64,000 bases of DNA from Candidatus Enterousia sp. (GTDB lineage: Bacteria; Pseudomonadota; Alphaproteobacteria; Rs-D84). Numbering within the stretch: the first letter of the stretch is position 1; each line of letters opens with the position of its first letter. Positions 37,877 through 47,354 of the stretch are shown here, one piece after another. The notes beneath the pieces are model-generated. The model worked only from the letters and a program-made list of their open reading frames with translations. It was not told the DNA's origin and did no database searches. The translations under genes and the position numbers were made by a program. The stretch spans positions 350,679 through 414,678 of the forward strand of contig JAZRMF010000001.1 of the NCBI GenBank assembly GCA_045647355.1, written 5' to 3'.

Positions 37877-40800
37877 ATGAAACAATCAAAAACCACACTC
37901 AAAGAATTAACTGCCGCATATCGTGCAGTGTTACGTCATGGTATATTGTGCAATGCAATTGCACTTGGCTTAATCGCCGCAACACCGGCGGTGGGTGCAA
38001 CACATAACTATATACCTGATGCGGGAAATTGGGGAACGCAGGAAATTAAAAATGAAATTGCAGCGGATACTTGGGATAGTTCGGTTATATTTATCAATAA
38101 AGCAGGGGTTATTATCGGAGAGAATTCTGTATTTGAAGGAAATAAATCGGGATTGGGTGGTGCCATTAGTATTGCAAAACAAATCGGCGAAGTTTCAATT
38201 GGAGACGGAACGGTATTCAAGAATAACACCTCTATTTATGATGGTGGGGCCATAGGAAATTATGGATCTGCGATTTTGGGTAGCGATATTTCGTTTATCA
38301 ATAATAGGTCAAATATCGCTGTTGATGGTTCCCAAGTTATGAGTGATAGTCAACCCATTGGCGGTGGTGCCATCTCTCTGGGTGTTAATGGCATTTTGAG
38401 TATATACAATTCCGCATTTATTGGAAACGAAACGGGATATAATGGTGGTGCTATTGCAACGCGCAGAACATTGCAAGCATCAGAGGCAACAGAAAGCGGT
38501 TTCGCCAATTTGGGAAATTTGTTGGAAATAGGCAGAGGAACAATATTTGATTCTAATAAAGCATGGGGTTATACAATAGATACCGCGAATGGTTCCAAAG
38601 TAGGCGGTAATGGTGGTGCAATTGCGAATACATTTGCGACGGCGGATATTACAGGTGCCACATTTACCAATAATATCGCACAAACAAATGGTGGCGCAAT
38701 TTATAACACTACATTTATAAATGCGGATGCAACAGGGACAGATTCTGGGAAAGGTGGTGTGATGACAATCACCGATTCTGGGTTCTCTGGGAACAGCGCT
38801 GGTGGTGAAGGCGGGGCAATTTATAATACTGGCGATTTGACCATTGCGGCGATGAATTCTGACGTAAATTTCCATGGCAATACCGCAAATGGCGCGGCAA
38901 ATGATATCTATAATGCCGGTCATTTAACATTGCATGCTTCAGAAGACAGGACTATGAGCTTGGCCGGTGGTATCAGTGGACTTAACGGAACATTAGATGT
39001 CGTTGGTCGTGGCACGGTTGAGATATCTAATTCTTTAAATAACCAAACGGTTACGGTTGGTTCGGGGCAACTGCATCTAACTTCACCTATGGATTTGACA
39101 GGTACGATGATTACTGTTGCAACGGGCGCAAAATTAAATACAGTGGATAATGCCATTAATGATTATTCGGCGCATACCATGTTGGGTAACTATTCTGAGA
39201 TTTTGGTCGATGTTAGTGCAGACGGCATAGATAAATTTAATATCCTGTTTGGAAATACCATTTCTGTGGATGGATTTACACTGTTGTCTGATTTAGAAAC
39301 AGTTGACACGGTAAGAAAGTTGTCTGAATATGGAAATATTACAGATAACCCGACATTTAAGGCCTATACAACCAACAGTATTTACACCTTGACCGGGAAT
39401 AATGCAAATGATGGTACGGTCACAATTCACAAAGGTGGCACCGGTGGTTTGATTAATGCGATTGGTGATACGACAGATGAAAATCACGAAGGCATGTATT
39501 ATTCTCTGACAGGGAATGATACCAGTGTTACGTCCAATGTAGCACTTAGAAATGCCGATGTCGACGTTCATGGTGTTGGCACGGGCGATGGTGACTATGG
39601 TATAACATTGGGGGCGAATATTGGGGTTGGTGATAACTCTTCGTTTGTAACGCACAATGTCAAAATTGATGGTAATGCTAATATAGAAAATTCTGAAGGG
39701 GCACAGATTGGGTTTAACAGTTCCAAGATTGATGTGGGCATTACTAATGATGGTATCATTGGTGTATTTGATACAACATTGGTCGCCGGAAATATGTTTG
39801 AAAACCGTGCAACTGCGACCACGGTGGTGTTTAATTCAACGGTAGATGCAAATGTTTGGAATTTTGGTCGTTGGATTTCTGACCCGTCAACGTACACTGG
39901 TGAATTTGAAAACGAAGGCTACGCATCGTTTGATGCAGATACATTTACATCGACCGCGGTGTTGAATAATGTGGGAACGGTTGATTTAACAAATGGGGTT
40001 ACGTTTGAAAATGGTGCAGAAATCGCCAGCGATGGTATAATCAATTTGGCAAGTGGTACGACACACTTTAATAATACTGCATCTTCAAATACAATCAATT
40101 TGTTAAATGGTGCGGACTTTGATGGTGTGTTAACTGGAACCGGAATCCTGAATATGTCAAACGGTACCATTGATACGGTTACTGGTGGGGTTGCCGGTGG
40201 CGGTTTGATTGTTGATGCAAACCTGAAAGGTGCGGGAACAATTGATACATTAACCGGCGGTACAACAGGTGCCAAAATCAAAACCATCAATGTTTTGAAC
40301 AGCGAATATGGAACAGCAGGTTCTTTAAGTTTGAATATTGGTGGTGCAACGTTGGATGATGATTTGCAGATTAATGGTATGAATTATTATACCAACGTAG
40401 CCGTAGATGGTGAAAATCTTGTATTGAGTGACAAGTTGATGAATACGTCAGGGTTGCATGCTCAATTGGGCAGTTGGAATGGAACCATTATCGGCACGTC
40501 CAGTACATATGATGCAGAAACCAATTCATATACATCCACAGGGACCACGGTTGGCGAAGCTTTGACGGCATTGGAAACCGCGGTCAATGGAAAGGTTGGT
40601 GCGTCTGATATATACACGGCGACAATAACCGACACAGCGGTTGACAATAGCAATAGCAAAGTTGTTTCTGTGACCGCTTTCCAAAACTCAATTGCTAACT
40701 TAAAGAACAGTGCAAATACCTGGGCTGGTGTCCAAGGGTTTACCAATGGCATAACCATTGGCAGTGACTATGGTATTACCGGTGCAGGTGTCGCGACATT

Positions 40801-41929
40801 GGGGGCAACCAGCGTTTCATCTTTGACGATGGGAGGTCAAACGGTTTCTGGTATTGATACATCCGTTGCACAGGGTAGCAGTAATTTGGTTACGTCTGGT
40901 GCGGTTTATTCGGCGGTTACCACTGCTGTGGGACATGCAAGTGATTCAGAGCATGGTGTAGATGCGTCAGGGGTGTACGTTGCTATCGAGGCCAATACAG
41001 CGGCAATTACATCCAATACGGAAGCAATTGAAACATTGACTGGTACTGGTTCAAATTCTGTGTCAGGTCAGATTGCGAGCAATGCAGAAAATGCGACTTA
41101 TACCGCGGGTGGCACTCATGCAGATGGTACAATTGGTGCAGCATTGGATAGTTTGAATATTACGGTTGCAGAGCATACCAATGCGATAAATGATATAAGC
41201 ACTGCATTGGGGCATGCAAGTGACGGAAACAATGCGGCCACAGGTTTATTCGCAACAGTTGAAGAGAATTCTGCGACAATTGCTGCATTGACTGGTAACG
41301 GTTCAGGTTCTATTTCAGGTCAGATTGCAAGTAATGCAGAAAATGCGACATATACCGCAGATGCAGATCATGCGTCTGGAACCATTGGTGCGGCGATAAG
41401 TCAAAATGCATCAGATATTGCTGCAATTGACGGAAAGATCGGTGATATGACCGAATTTGATGGCAATAATTATGCGACCGATACAGCAAGTGTTTCGGCG
41501 AACTTGGTTGCGTTGGATGGTCAATTAAAGACAACATCGGACAAAGTTGATAAATTGAACGCTGATGAAAATACCGACGGTTCTGTGCGCAATATTGCCA
41601 AGAGTTACTTCGACTTGATGGCACAGGATAGCGCATTAACATTGAGTGAAGCAAATGCGTATACCGACAAACGTATCGAAAAGTTAGATCAAGATTTGTC
41701 TGCGGGTATCGCAAGTGCGGTTGCGTTGTCATCGGTTGCGGTGTCTGATGTACGTCGTGGCGAACTGTCGGTCGGTGCGGGTTACGGTTACTTTAACGGT
41801 CAATCCGCCGGTGCGTTCGGTGCCGCGATGGGTATATCGAACAGATGGTCTGTTAATGCCGGTGCTGGTATATCTGGATACGATGTATCGTTCCGCGCAG
41901 GTACAAACTATAAATTCAAAGTATTTTAA
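37877..41929 (+). CDS. trimeric autotransporter adhesin (YadA-like C-terminal anchor) with chlamydial Pmp-type (GGAI / FxxN) passenger repeats
   Basis: RBS AAGGAGA and ATG at 37877 (the ORF track starts at 37790). Multiple GGAI and FxxN motifs (GLGGAISIA, YDGGAIGNY, YNGGAIATR, GNGGAIANTF, TNGGAIYNTTF, GEGGAIYNTG). Repeated ~78-aa stalk units with SGQIASNAENATYTA. C-terminal …GIASAVALSSVAVS…SVGAGYGYFNGQSAGAFGAAMGISNRWSVNAGAGISGYDVSFRAGTNYKFKVF matches the YadA anchor. Confidence 0.8.
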   Translation: MKQSKTTLKELTAAYRAVLRHGILCNAIALGLIAATPAVGATHNYIPDAGNWGTQEIKNEIAADTWDSSVIFINKAGVIIGENSVFEGNKSGLGGAISIAKQIGEVSIGDGTVFKNNTSIYDGGAIGNYGSAILGSDISFINNRSNIAVDGSQVMSDSQPIGGGAISLGVNGILSIYNSAFIGNETGYNGGAIATRRTLQASEATESGFANLGNLLEIGRGTIFDSNKAWGYTIDTANGSKVGGNGGAIANTFATADITGATFTNNIAQTNGGAIYNTTFINADATGTDSGKGGVMTITDSGFSGNSAGGEGGAIYNTGDLTIAAMNSDVNFHGNTANGAANDIYNAGHLTLHASEDRTMSLAGGISGLNGTLDVVGRGTVEISNSLNNQTVTVGSGQLHLTSPMDLTGTMITVATGAKLNTVDNAINDYSAHTMLGNYSEILVDVSADGIDKFNILFGNTISVDGFTLLSDLETVDTVRKLSEYGNITDNPTFKAYTTNSIYTLTGNNANDGTVTIHKGGTGGLINAIGDTTDENHEGMYYSLTGNDTSVTSNVALRNADVDVHGVGTGDGDYGITLGANIGVGDNSSFVTHNVKIDGNANIENSEGAQIGFNSSKIDVGITNDGIIGVFDTTLVAGNMFENRATATTVVFNSTVDANVWNFGRWISDPSTYTGEFENEGYASFDADTFTSTAVLNNVGTVDLTNGVTFENGAEIASDGIINLASGTTHFNNTASSNTINLLNGADFDGVLTGTGILNMSNGTIDTVTGGVAGGGLIVDANLKGAGTIDTLTGGTTGAKIKTINVLNSEYGTAGSLSLNIGGATLDDDLQINGMNYYTNVAVDGENLVLSDKLMNTSGLHAQLGSWNGTIIGTSSTYDAETNSYTSTGTTVGEALTALETAVNGKVGASDIYTATITDTAVDNSNSKVVSVTAFQNSIANLKNSANTWAGVQGFTNGITIGSDYGITGAGVATLGATSVSSLTMGGQTVSGIDTSVAQGSSNLVTSGAVYSAVTTAVGHASDSEHGVDASGVYVAIEANTAAITSNTEAIETLTGTGSNSVSGQIASNAENATYTAGGTHADGTIGAALDSLNITVAEHTNAINDISTALGHASDGNNAATGLFATVEENSATIAALTGNGSGSISGQIASNAENATYTADADHASGTIGAAISQNASDIAAIDGKIGDMTEFDGNNYATDTASVSANLVALDGQLKTTSDKVDKLNADENTDGSVRNIAKSYFDLMAQDSALTLSEANAYTDKRIEKLDQDLSAGIASAVALSSVAVSDVRRGELSVGAGYGYFNGQSAGAFGAAMGISNRWSVNAGAGISGYDVSFRAGTNYKFKVF

Positions 41930-42009
41930 GTTATGGTTTGAATTAAACAAAAATGCCTTGGCGTTGGCCAAGGTGTTTTTGTTTGTTGTGTTGAAATGTT
42001 TCGTAAATA

Positions 42010-43122
42010 TTATGCGGCTTTTTCCATGCCTGCCTTGATATTCCGTACATATTTACGCAATTCGTCAATTGAAACCAATTTGCCATCGCGCTTTTCGGCC
42101 GACCAATAATCCCAACCATTATAACTGGTACAATGTTGGATGCGGGCCGCCATAACATGGATGGATGCCTTGCCATATAAACTGTGCACCAGGTTGCCAT
42201 CAGACGCAATCATGACACGTTCGCCCTTGGGGCTGACCAATGTTTGTCCAGGATAGAGCAGGCCACCATCGATAAGTTCACGAAATGCAACACGCACTTC
42301 GTCACGTTTTGGTTTTGCAACCTCGATATTCGATAAATCAATTGGGGTTACATGTGCAACACGTTCACGTGCCGCCAAAACGTATGATTCTTCGCGATCA
42401 ATGCCGATAAATTGTCTGCCCAATTCGCGTGCCGCGGCGGCGGTGGTTCCAGACCCGACAAATGGATCTAAAATAATATCGCCGGGTTTGGTTGATGCCA
42501 AAATTACGCGGCGCAATAAGTCCATTGGTTTTTGTGTGTTGTGCAAACTTTTGCCAGTTGCATCTTTAAGGCGTTCTTCTCCAAGACAAATGTTCATTTC
42601 CCAATCCGAACGCATTTGTTTTCCACCGTTCAGATTTTTCATCGTTTCATAATTAAATGTATATTTGCCGGTCTTGGTTGGTGTTGCCCATATCAATGTT
42701 TCATGCGCATTGGTAAAACGTGTGCCACGAAAGTTAGGCATAGGATTTGTTTTTACCCATACGATGTCGTTTAAAACCCAAAAACCTTGTTCTTGCAATA
42801 TGGCGCCAATTTGAAAAATATTGTGATATGTTCCAATAACCCACATGGCGCCATCTGGGCGCAGGACACGTTTACATTCAGCAATCCATTTTCGTGAAAA
42901 TTCATTATATTCTGCGGGTGACGCAAAAGAGTCCCAATTATCGCGAACCGCACGTGCGGCTGTTTGATCTTCGGGGCGATAAAGTGTTTTCTGCCCCAGT
43001 TGTAAATTGTATGGAGAATCCGCAAATACTGCATCAACAGAACCGTCGGGAATCCCGCGCATCAGTTCAATGCAATCACCAATTAAAATTTGGTTAAGGT
43101 ATTTTTCCATTCTCTCTGCCAT
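42010..43122 (-). CDS. ccrM: CcrM-like N6-adenine DNA methyltransferase (GANTC-type, beta-class) with C-terminal CcrM extension
   Basis: FADSPYNLQ (DPPY-type motif IV) precedes DPFVGSGTTAAAA (motif I). WVIGTYHNIF and LNDIVWVKTNPMPNFRGTRFTNAHETLIWA are near-identical to Caulobacter CcrM. ~90-aa C-terminal extension. Confidence 0.85.
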   Translation of the reverse strand: MAERMEKYLNQILIGDCIELMRGIPDGSVDAVFADSPYNLQLGQKTLYRPEDQTAARAVRDNWDSFASPAEYNEFSRKWIAECKRVLRPDGAMWVIGTYHNIFQIGAILQEQGFWVLNDIVWVKTNPMPNFRGTRFTNAHETLIWATPTKTGKYTFNYETMKNLNGGKQMRSDWEMNICLGEERLKDATGKSLHNTQKPMDLLRRVILASTKPGDIILDPFVGSGTTAAAARELGRQFIGIDREESYVLAARERVAHVTPIDLSNIEVAKPKRDEVRVAFRELIDGGLLYPGQTLVSPKGERVMIASDGNLVHSLYGKASIHVMAARIQHCTSYNGWDYWSAEKRDGKLVSIDELRKYVRNIKAGMEKAA

Positions 43123-43271
43123 ATCAAGTCAATTATACCACATTTTGAACCTAAAAAATTTGTCATTGGGGCGATATACAATAAAAAAAGGTCTTGATTT
43201 TTTGTAAAAAAGCAATTTTTTAGAAATAAAATCACTTTACACAAGACGAATAGATTGCTAAATTATCGTGT

Positions 43272-43772
43272 ATGAGATGTCCATATTGTAATTATGCCGA
43301 CAGCAGGGTCGCGGATTCGCGCCCTGATATGGAAAGCGGAACTATCCGCCGCCGTCGTGTTTGTAATCAATGCGGGGCGAAATTTACCACTGTGGAACGT
43401 GTGCAAATGCGGGATTTGGTTGTTAAGAAAAACAGTGGTAAAACAGAACCGTTTGATCGCGATAAATTGCGTCGCAGTATAAAATTGGCGTGTCATAGCC
43501 GTGAAGTAGGGGACGAGCAAATTGAACGCCTGGTGGCATCTATTCAACGAAGACTAGAAACAGAAACGGCCGATGATATGGTAACCAGCGCGCAAATTGG
43601 TGAAATGGTTTCCGATTCGTTGCTGAATTTGGATCCGATTGCGTTTGTGCGATTTGTTTCTGTATATCGCAAGTTTTCAAAAGTATCTGACTTTAAAAAA
43701 ATTATCGACACTATCCCAGAGGTTACCGACGAAACCATTGTTTGCAAATTGCCAAAGACCACACTTTTCTAG
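43272..43772 (+). CDS. nrdR: transcriptional repressor NrdR
   Basis: MRCPYCNYADSRVADSRP…RRRRVCNQCGAKFTTVERV zinc ribbon plus an ATP-cone domain. Confidence 0.9.
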   Translation: MRCPYCNYADSRVADSRPDMESGTIRRRRVCNQCGAKFTTVERVQMRDLVVKKNSGKTEPFDRDKLRRSIKLACHSREVGDEQIERLVASIQRRLETETADDMVTSAQIGEMVSDSLLNLDPIAFVRFVSVYRKFSKVSDFKKIIDTIPEVTDETIVCKLPKTTLF

Positions 43773-43778
43773 GGTTTA

Positions 43779-45503
43779 ATGATGAAAAAAATTGTTGCCT
43801 TCATTTTTACCTTGTTTGTGCCGCTTGCATTGTACGCATCGCCGACCATAGACATATTGTCTGATGCCGATGAAAGTTTATATTCGCAAATTTTTATGTT
43901 GCAAGATGCCGAGAAAATTTCTGTGGCGCAAAAATTAGAACATCAATTATCTGACCCAATTTTGATGAACGAGGTTTTGTATCAACGTTATTTTTCAAAA
44001 TCGTATCATACCAAGGGTGCAGAGGTTCAGGCATGGATGAAAAAATATAATGATATGCCCGGCGCGGCGCGTGTTGAAAAGTTGGCCAAATTGAAAAAGG
44101 TTACCGTAAATTCGGCACGTGTCCCCAGTATGTTATCGGGTGGAATGTCAATTGAGACGGCGCAATCTGAAACATGGACAGCAAAGCAATATTCTGGGGC
44201 GGCCGATAAAAATATTACAAAATTTCGTAAGGCGATTCGTTCGGGCAGCACCAAGACTGCGCGCAATATATTGGAAGACAAATCATTTAAACGCAAATTA
44301 ACAGAATCTGATTATGGCCGTTTGGCGGGGCGTTTGGCATATGTTTATTATACAAATGGCGAATATGAACTGGCCAAGAAATGGGGTTTTGTGGCGTCTG
44401 ATGCAGAATCAGAATATGGATTGTGGACGATGGGGTTGTTGTATTTCAAAGAAGAAAAGTATAAAGAAAGCGAAAAATATTTTAGTCGAATTTTGCAATT
44501 AAAACAAATCAACAATGCACGCAAGACCGAGGCAGCATTTTGGGCGGGGCGCGCGGCAAGTATGCGTGACGAAAGGTCCAAGGCGCGTGAATATTGGGAA
44601 ATTGCGGCCGCACATCCGATGGCTTTCTATGGTGCATTGGCGGCAACGATGATGGGTAATGTTCCAGAATACGAATTTTTTGAACAAGAATTTACCGATG
44701 ATGATATTGAAGAACTGCGGCGTGATAAATACGGCAAGATGGCACTTGCGTTATTGCAATTAAATCGTCGTGAACGTGCCGAGGCATATCTTAAATACAT
44801 GATAACGTCCAAGGTTTCTGATAGAAATCTGCATGCGATAAATGCAATCGCAACGGCATATGGTTTATCACGTGTCGCGATTCAAGCATCGGGTGTTATT
44901 CGTGATAGGGGTATTTTAGAAATAGACGATGATGTTATATATACTGCGCAATATCCGTTGCCTGATTGGGAACCAATGGGTGGTTGGTCTATTGATCGCG
45001 CATTGTTGTTGGCGATTATTAAACAAGAAAGTGGTTTTAGAACGGGCGCAAAATCTGGCGCTGGCGCAAATGGGGTTATGCAGATTATGCCGGGAACCGC
45101 AAAGCGTGTTGCGCGTGCAAACAAGGTAAAAATGTCTGATATTGATATGTCGAATCCGGAACATAACATGTTCTTGGGGCAGCAGTATATTGTTGATTTG
45201 TTAATGCACCCGAATATCAATAATAATATTATTAAAATGTTGGCCGCATATAATGCGGGGATGGGGTCATTGGTTAAATTTGAAAAATCGTTCAGTACCA
45301 AAGATCCTTTATTGTATATCGAAAGTTTCCCTGCATACGAAACACGTGGATATATAAAACGTGTTATGGCGAATTTATGGCTGTATCGTGCGCGCCTTAA
45401 TCAGCCACTTACGACGTTGAAAGTTTTGGCGGATTCTGATTGGCCACTTTACAATAGTCAAGATGAATATGTTCGTGCAGAAGAGATTCCTTATTCGATT
45501 TAA
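43779..45503 (+). CDS. soluble lytic murein transglycosylase (Slt family)
   Basis: Signal peptide, superhelical N-terminal region, and catalytic core …LLAIIKQESGFRTGAKSGAGANGVMQIMPGTAKRVA…AYNAGMG. Confidence 0.8.
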   Translation: MMKKIVAFIFTLFVPLALYASPTIDILSDADESLYSQIFMLQDAEKISVAQKLEHQLSDPILMNEVLYQRYFSKSYHTKGAEVQAWMKKYNDMPGAARVEKLAKLKKVTVNSARVPSMLSGGMSIETAQSETWTAKQYSGAADKNITKFRKAIRSGSTKTARNILEDKSFKRKLTESDYGRLAGRLAYVYYTNGEYELAKKWGFVASDAESEYGLWTMGLLYFKEEKYKESEKYFSRILQLKQINNARKTEAAFWAGRAASMRDERSKAREYWEIAAAHPMAFYGALAATMMGNVPEYEFFEQEFTDDDIEELRRDKYGKMALALLQLNRRERAEAYLKYMITSKVSDRNLHAINAIATAYGLSRVAIQASGVIRDRGILEIDDDVIYTAQYPLPDWEPMGGWSIDRALLLAIIKQESGFRTGAKSGAGANGVMQIMPGTAKRVARANKVKMSDIDMSNPEHNMFLGQQYIVDLLMHPNINNNIIKMLAAYNAGMGSLVKFEKSFSTKDPLLYIESFPAYETRGYIKRVMANLWLYRARLNQPLTTLKVLADSDWPLYNSQDEYVRAEEIPYSI

Positions 45504-45515
45504 TGACGGTGTGGT

Positions 45516-46124
45516 ATGATAACGGTTGCGGATTTTTCCATTGAAAACGAAATAGGTTCAAAATTTATTGCCGGTGTGGACGAGGCCGGACGTGGCCCGT
45601 TATGTGGGCCGGTTGTTGCGGCGGCGGTTGTTTTCCCAAATCGTGAAATTGAAATCCCTGTTGTGATACGTGATTCTAAAAAAATGTCGGCACATCAAAG
45701 AGCGATTGCTTATGATTGGATAACGCAGAATACGATTTGGGCGACCGGCCAATGCAGCCCCACAGAAATCGATGAATTAAATATACTGTGGGCATCTATG
45801 CGTGCGATGGAACGCGCGGTGGCGGGGTTGCAGCAAAAACCAGATATGTGTTTGATTGATGGTAATCGGGTTCCAAAGAATTTGACTGGTATGTCGGTGG
45901 TCAAAGGTGATGCAAAATCGATTTCTATTGCGGCGGCATCTATAATTGCCAAAGAAACACGTGATAAGATTATGCACGAATTGGCGGCGCAATTTCCGAT
46001 GTACGGTTGGGAAAAAAATGCGGGATACCCCACCGCAGAACATTTGACGGCAATCGAAAAATATGGTATAACAGAACACCACCGGAAAACATATGGACCG
46101 GTAAAGGAAAGGATAAAGAAATGA
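45516..46124 (+). CDS. rnhB: ribonuclease HII
   Basis: …IAGVDEAGRGPLCGPVVAAAVVF… active-site region. 202 aa. Confidence 0.9.
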   Translation: MITVADFSIENEIGSKFIAGVDEAGRGPLCGPVVAAAVVFPNREIEIPVVIRDSKKMSAHQRAIAYDWITQNTIWATGQCSPTEIDELNILWASMRAMERAVAGLQQKPDMCLIDGNRVPKNLTGMSVVKGDAKSISIAAASIIAKETRDKIMHELAAQFPMYGWEKNAGYPTAEHLTAIEKYGITEHHRKTYGPVKERIKK

Positions 46125-47287
46125 AATTGCGTGATTTAAGTGGGGTGTCATTGCGCGGAAAATATGTGTTGTTGCGCGATGATTTTAATGTACAAATACT
46201 CGAAGGAAAAATTACCGAAGGATTCCGTATTGAACGGAGTATGCCAACGATAGATTTCCTGCGTAATGCAGGTGCGCGTGTTGCGATTGCATCACACCTG
46301 GGGCGGCCAAAGGGTATGCGTGATATGAAATATTCTTTGCGTCCAATTGCGGAATATATGAAATTGCCATTGGTTGAAGATTGTTTGGATAAATCTTTTA
46401 TGGCAAATATGAAAGACGGCGATGTTGTGTTGTTGGAAAACGTGCGTTTTTATCCAGGCGAAGAAGCTAATGATGCCGAATTCGCAGAAACTTTGGCAGA
46501 TGGTTTTGATTTGTTTGTTAATGATGCCTTTGCAGTATCGCATCGTGCGCATGCAAGTACCGTTGGTGTGACCGCATATCTGCCGTCATATGCGGGGATG
46601 CTGTTGCAAAGTGAAATTGATAATATAACACGCGTTATGGAAAATCCGAAACATCCGGTGTTATCTATTGTCGCAGGTTCCAAGGTTTCAACCAAAATTG
46701 GTGTGTTGCGTGCGTTGATAAAACTTTCGGATACGGTGATTGTTGGTGGCGCATTGGGAACAACATTTAATTACGCATTGGGTGAAAAGGTTGGCAATTC
46801 GTTGTATGAACCTGATCAGAAAGATAATGCATTGGATATTATGGAATATGCGCGTGAAAATAATTGCCGTTTCTTGGTGCCGTTAGACAAAGGGGTCGGC
46901 CCAGTGTTTGAACCAGATGCACCACGTACCGATAAAGATATGAATGATATCACTGATACGGATGTTATTATTGACGGCGGTCCAAAAACGGCGGCGCGTG
47001 ATGTTGCCGAAATCGGCAACGCCGCGACAGTAATTTGGAACGGAACGGTTGGTATGGCGGAATGGATGCCGACATGGTCACATGGTTCGTTTGCAATCGC
47101 ACGTGCAATTGCCGGAAATACTCGCGATGGAAAACTGCACAGTATTGTTGGCGGTGGCGATACGGTTGCGGCGTTGGATGCATGTGGTGTTATGGATGAT
47201 ATAACATATGTATCAACCGGTGGCGGCGCATTTTTAGAGTTCATCGAAGGTCGTGAATTGCCAGGAATTAAGGTTTTGGAACAGTAG
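46121..47287 (+). CDS. pgk: phosphoglycerate kinase
   Basis: ATG at 46121 overlaps the rnhB stop (ATGA). MKLRDLSGVSLRGKYVLLRDDFNV…IASHLGRPKG… 388 aa. The ORF track start at 46007 is too long. Confidence 0.9.
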   Translation: MKLRDLSGVSLRGKYVLLRDDFNVQILEGKITEGFRIERSMPTIDFLRNAGARVAIASHLGRPKGMRDMKYSLRPIAEYMKLPLVEDCLDKSFMANMKDGDVVLLENVRFYPGEEANDAEFAETLADGFDLFVNDAFAVSHRAHASTVGVTAYLPSYAGMLLQSEIDNITRVMENPKHPVLSIVAGSKVSTKIGVLRALIKLSDTVIVGGALGTTFNYALGEKVGNSLYEPDQKDNALDIMEYARENNCRFLVPLDKGVGPVFEPDAPRTDKDMNDITDTDVIIDGGPKTAARDVAEIGNAATVIWNGTVGMAEWMPTWSHGSFAIARAIAGNTRDGKLHSIVGGGDTVAALDACGVMDDITYVSTGGGAFLEFIEGRELPGIKVLEQ

Positions 47288-47354
47288 TTTTTATGCTTGC
47301 ATTTGGTATTTGTACAAATTATAATTTTGTTGACATAACAAAAAGGAAGTGAAA

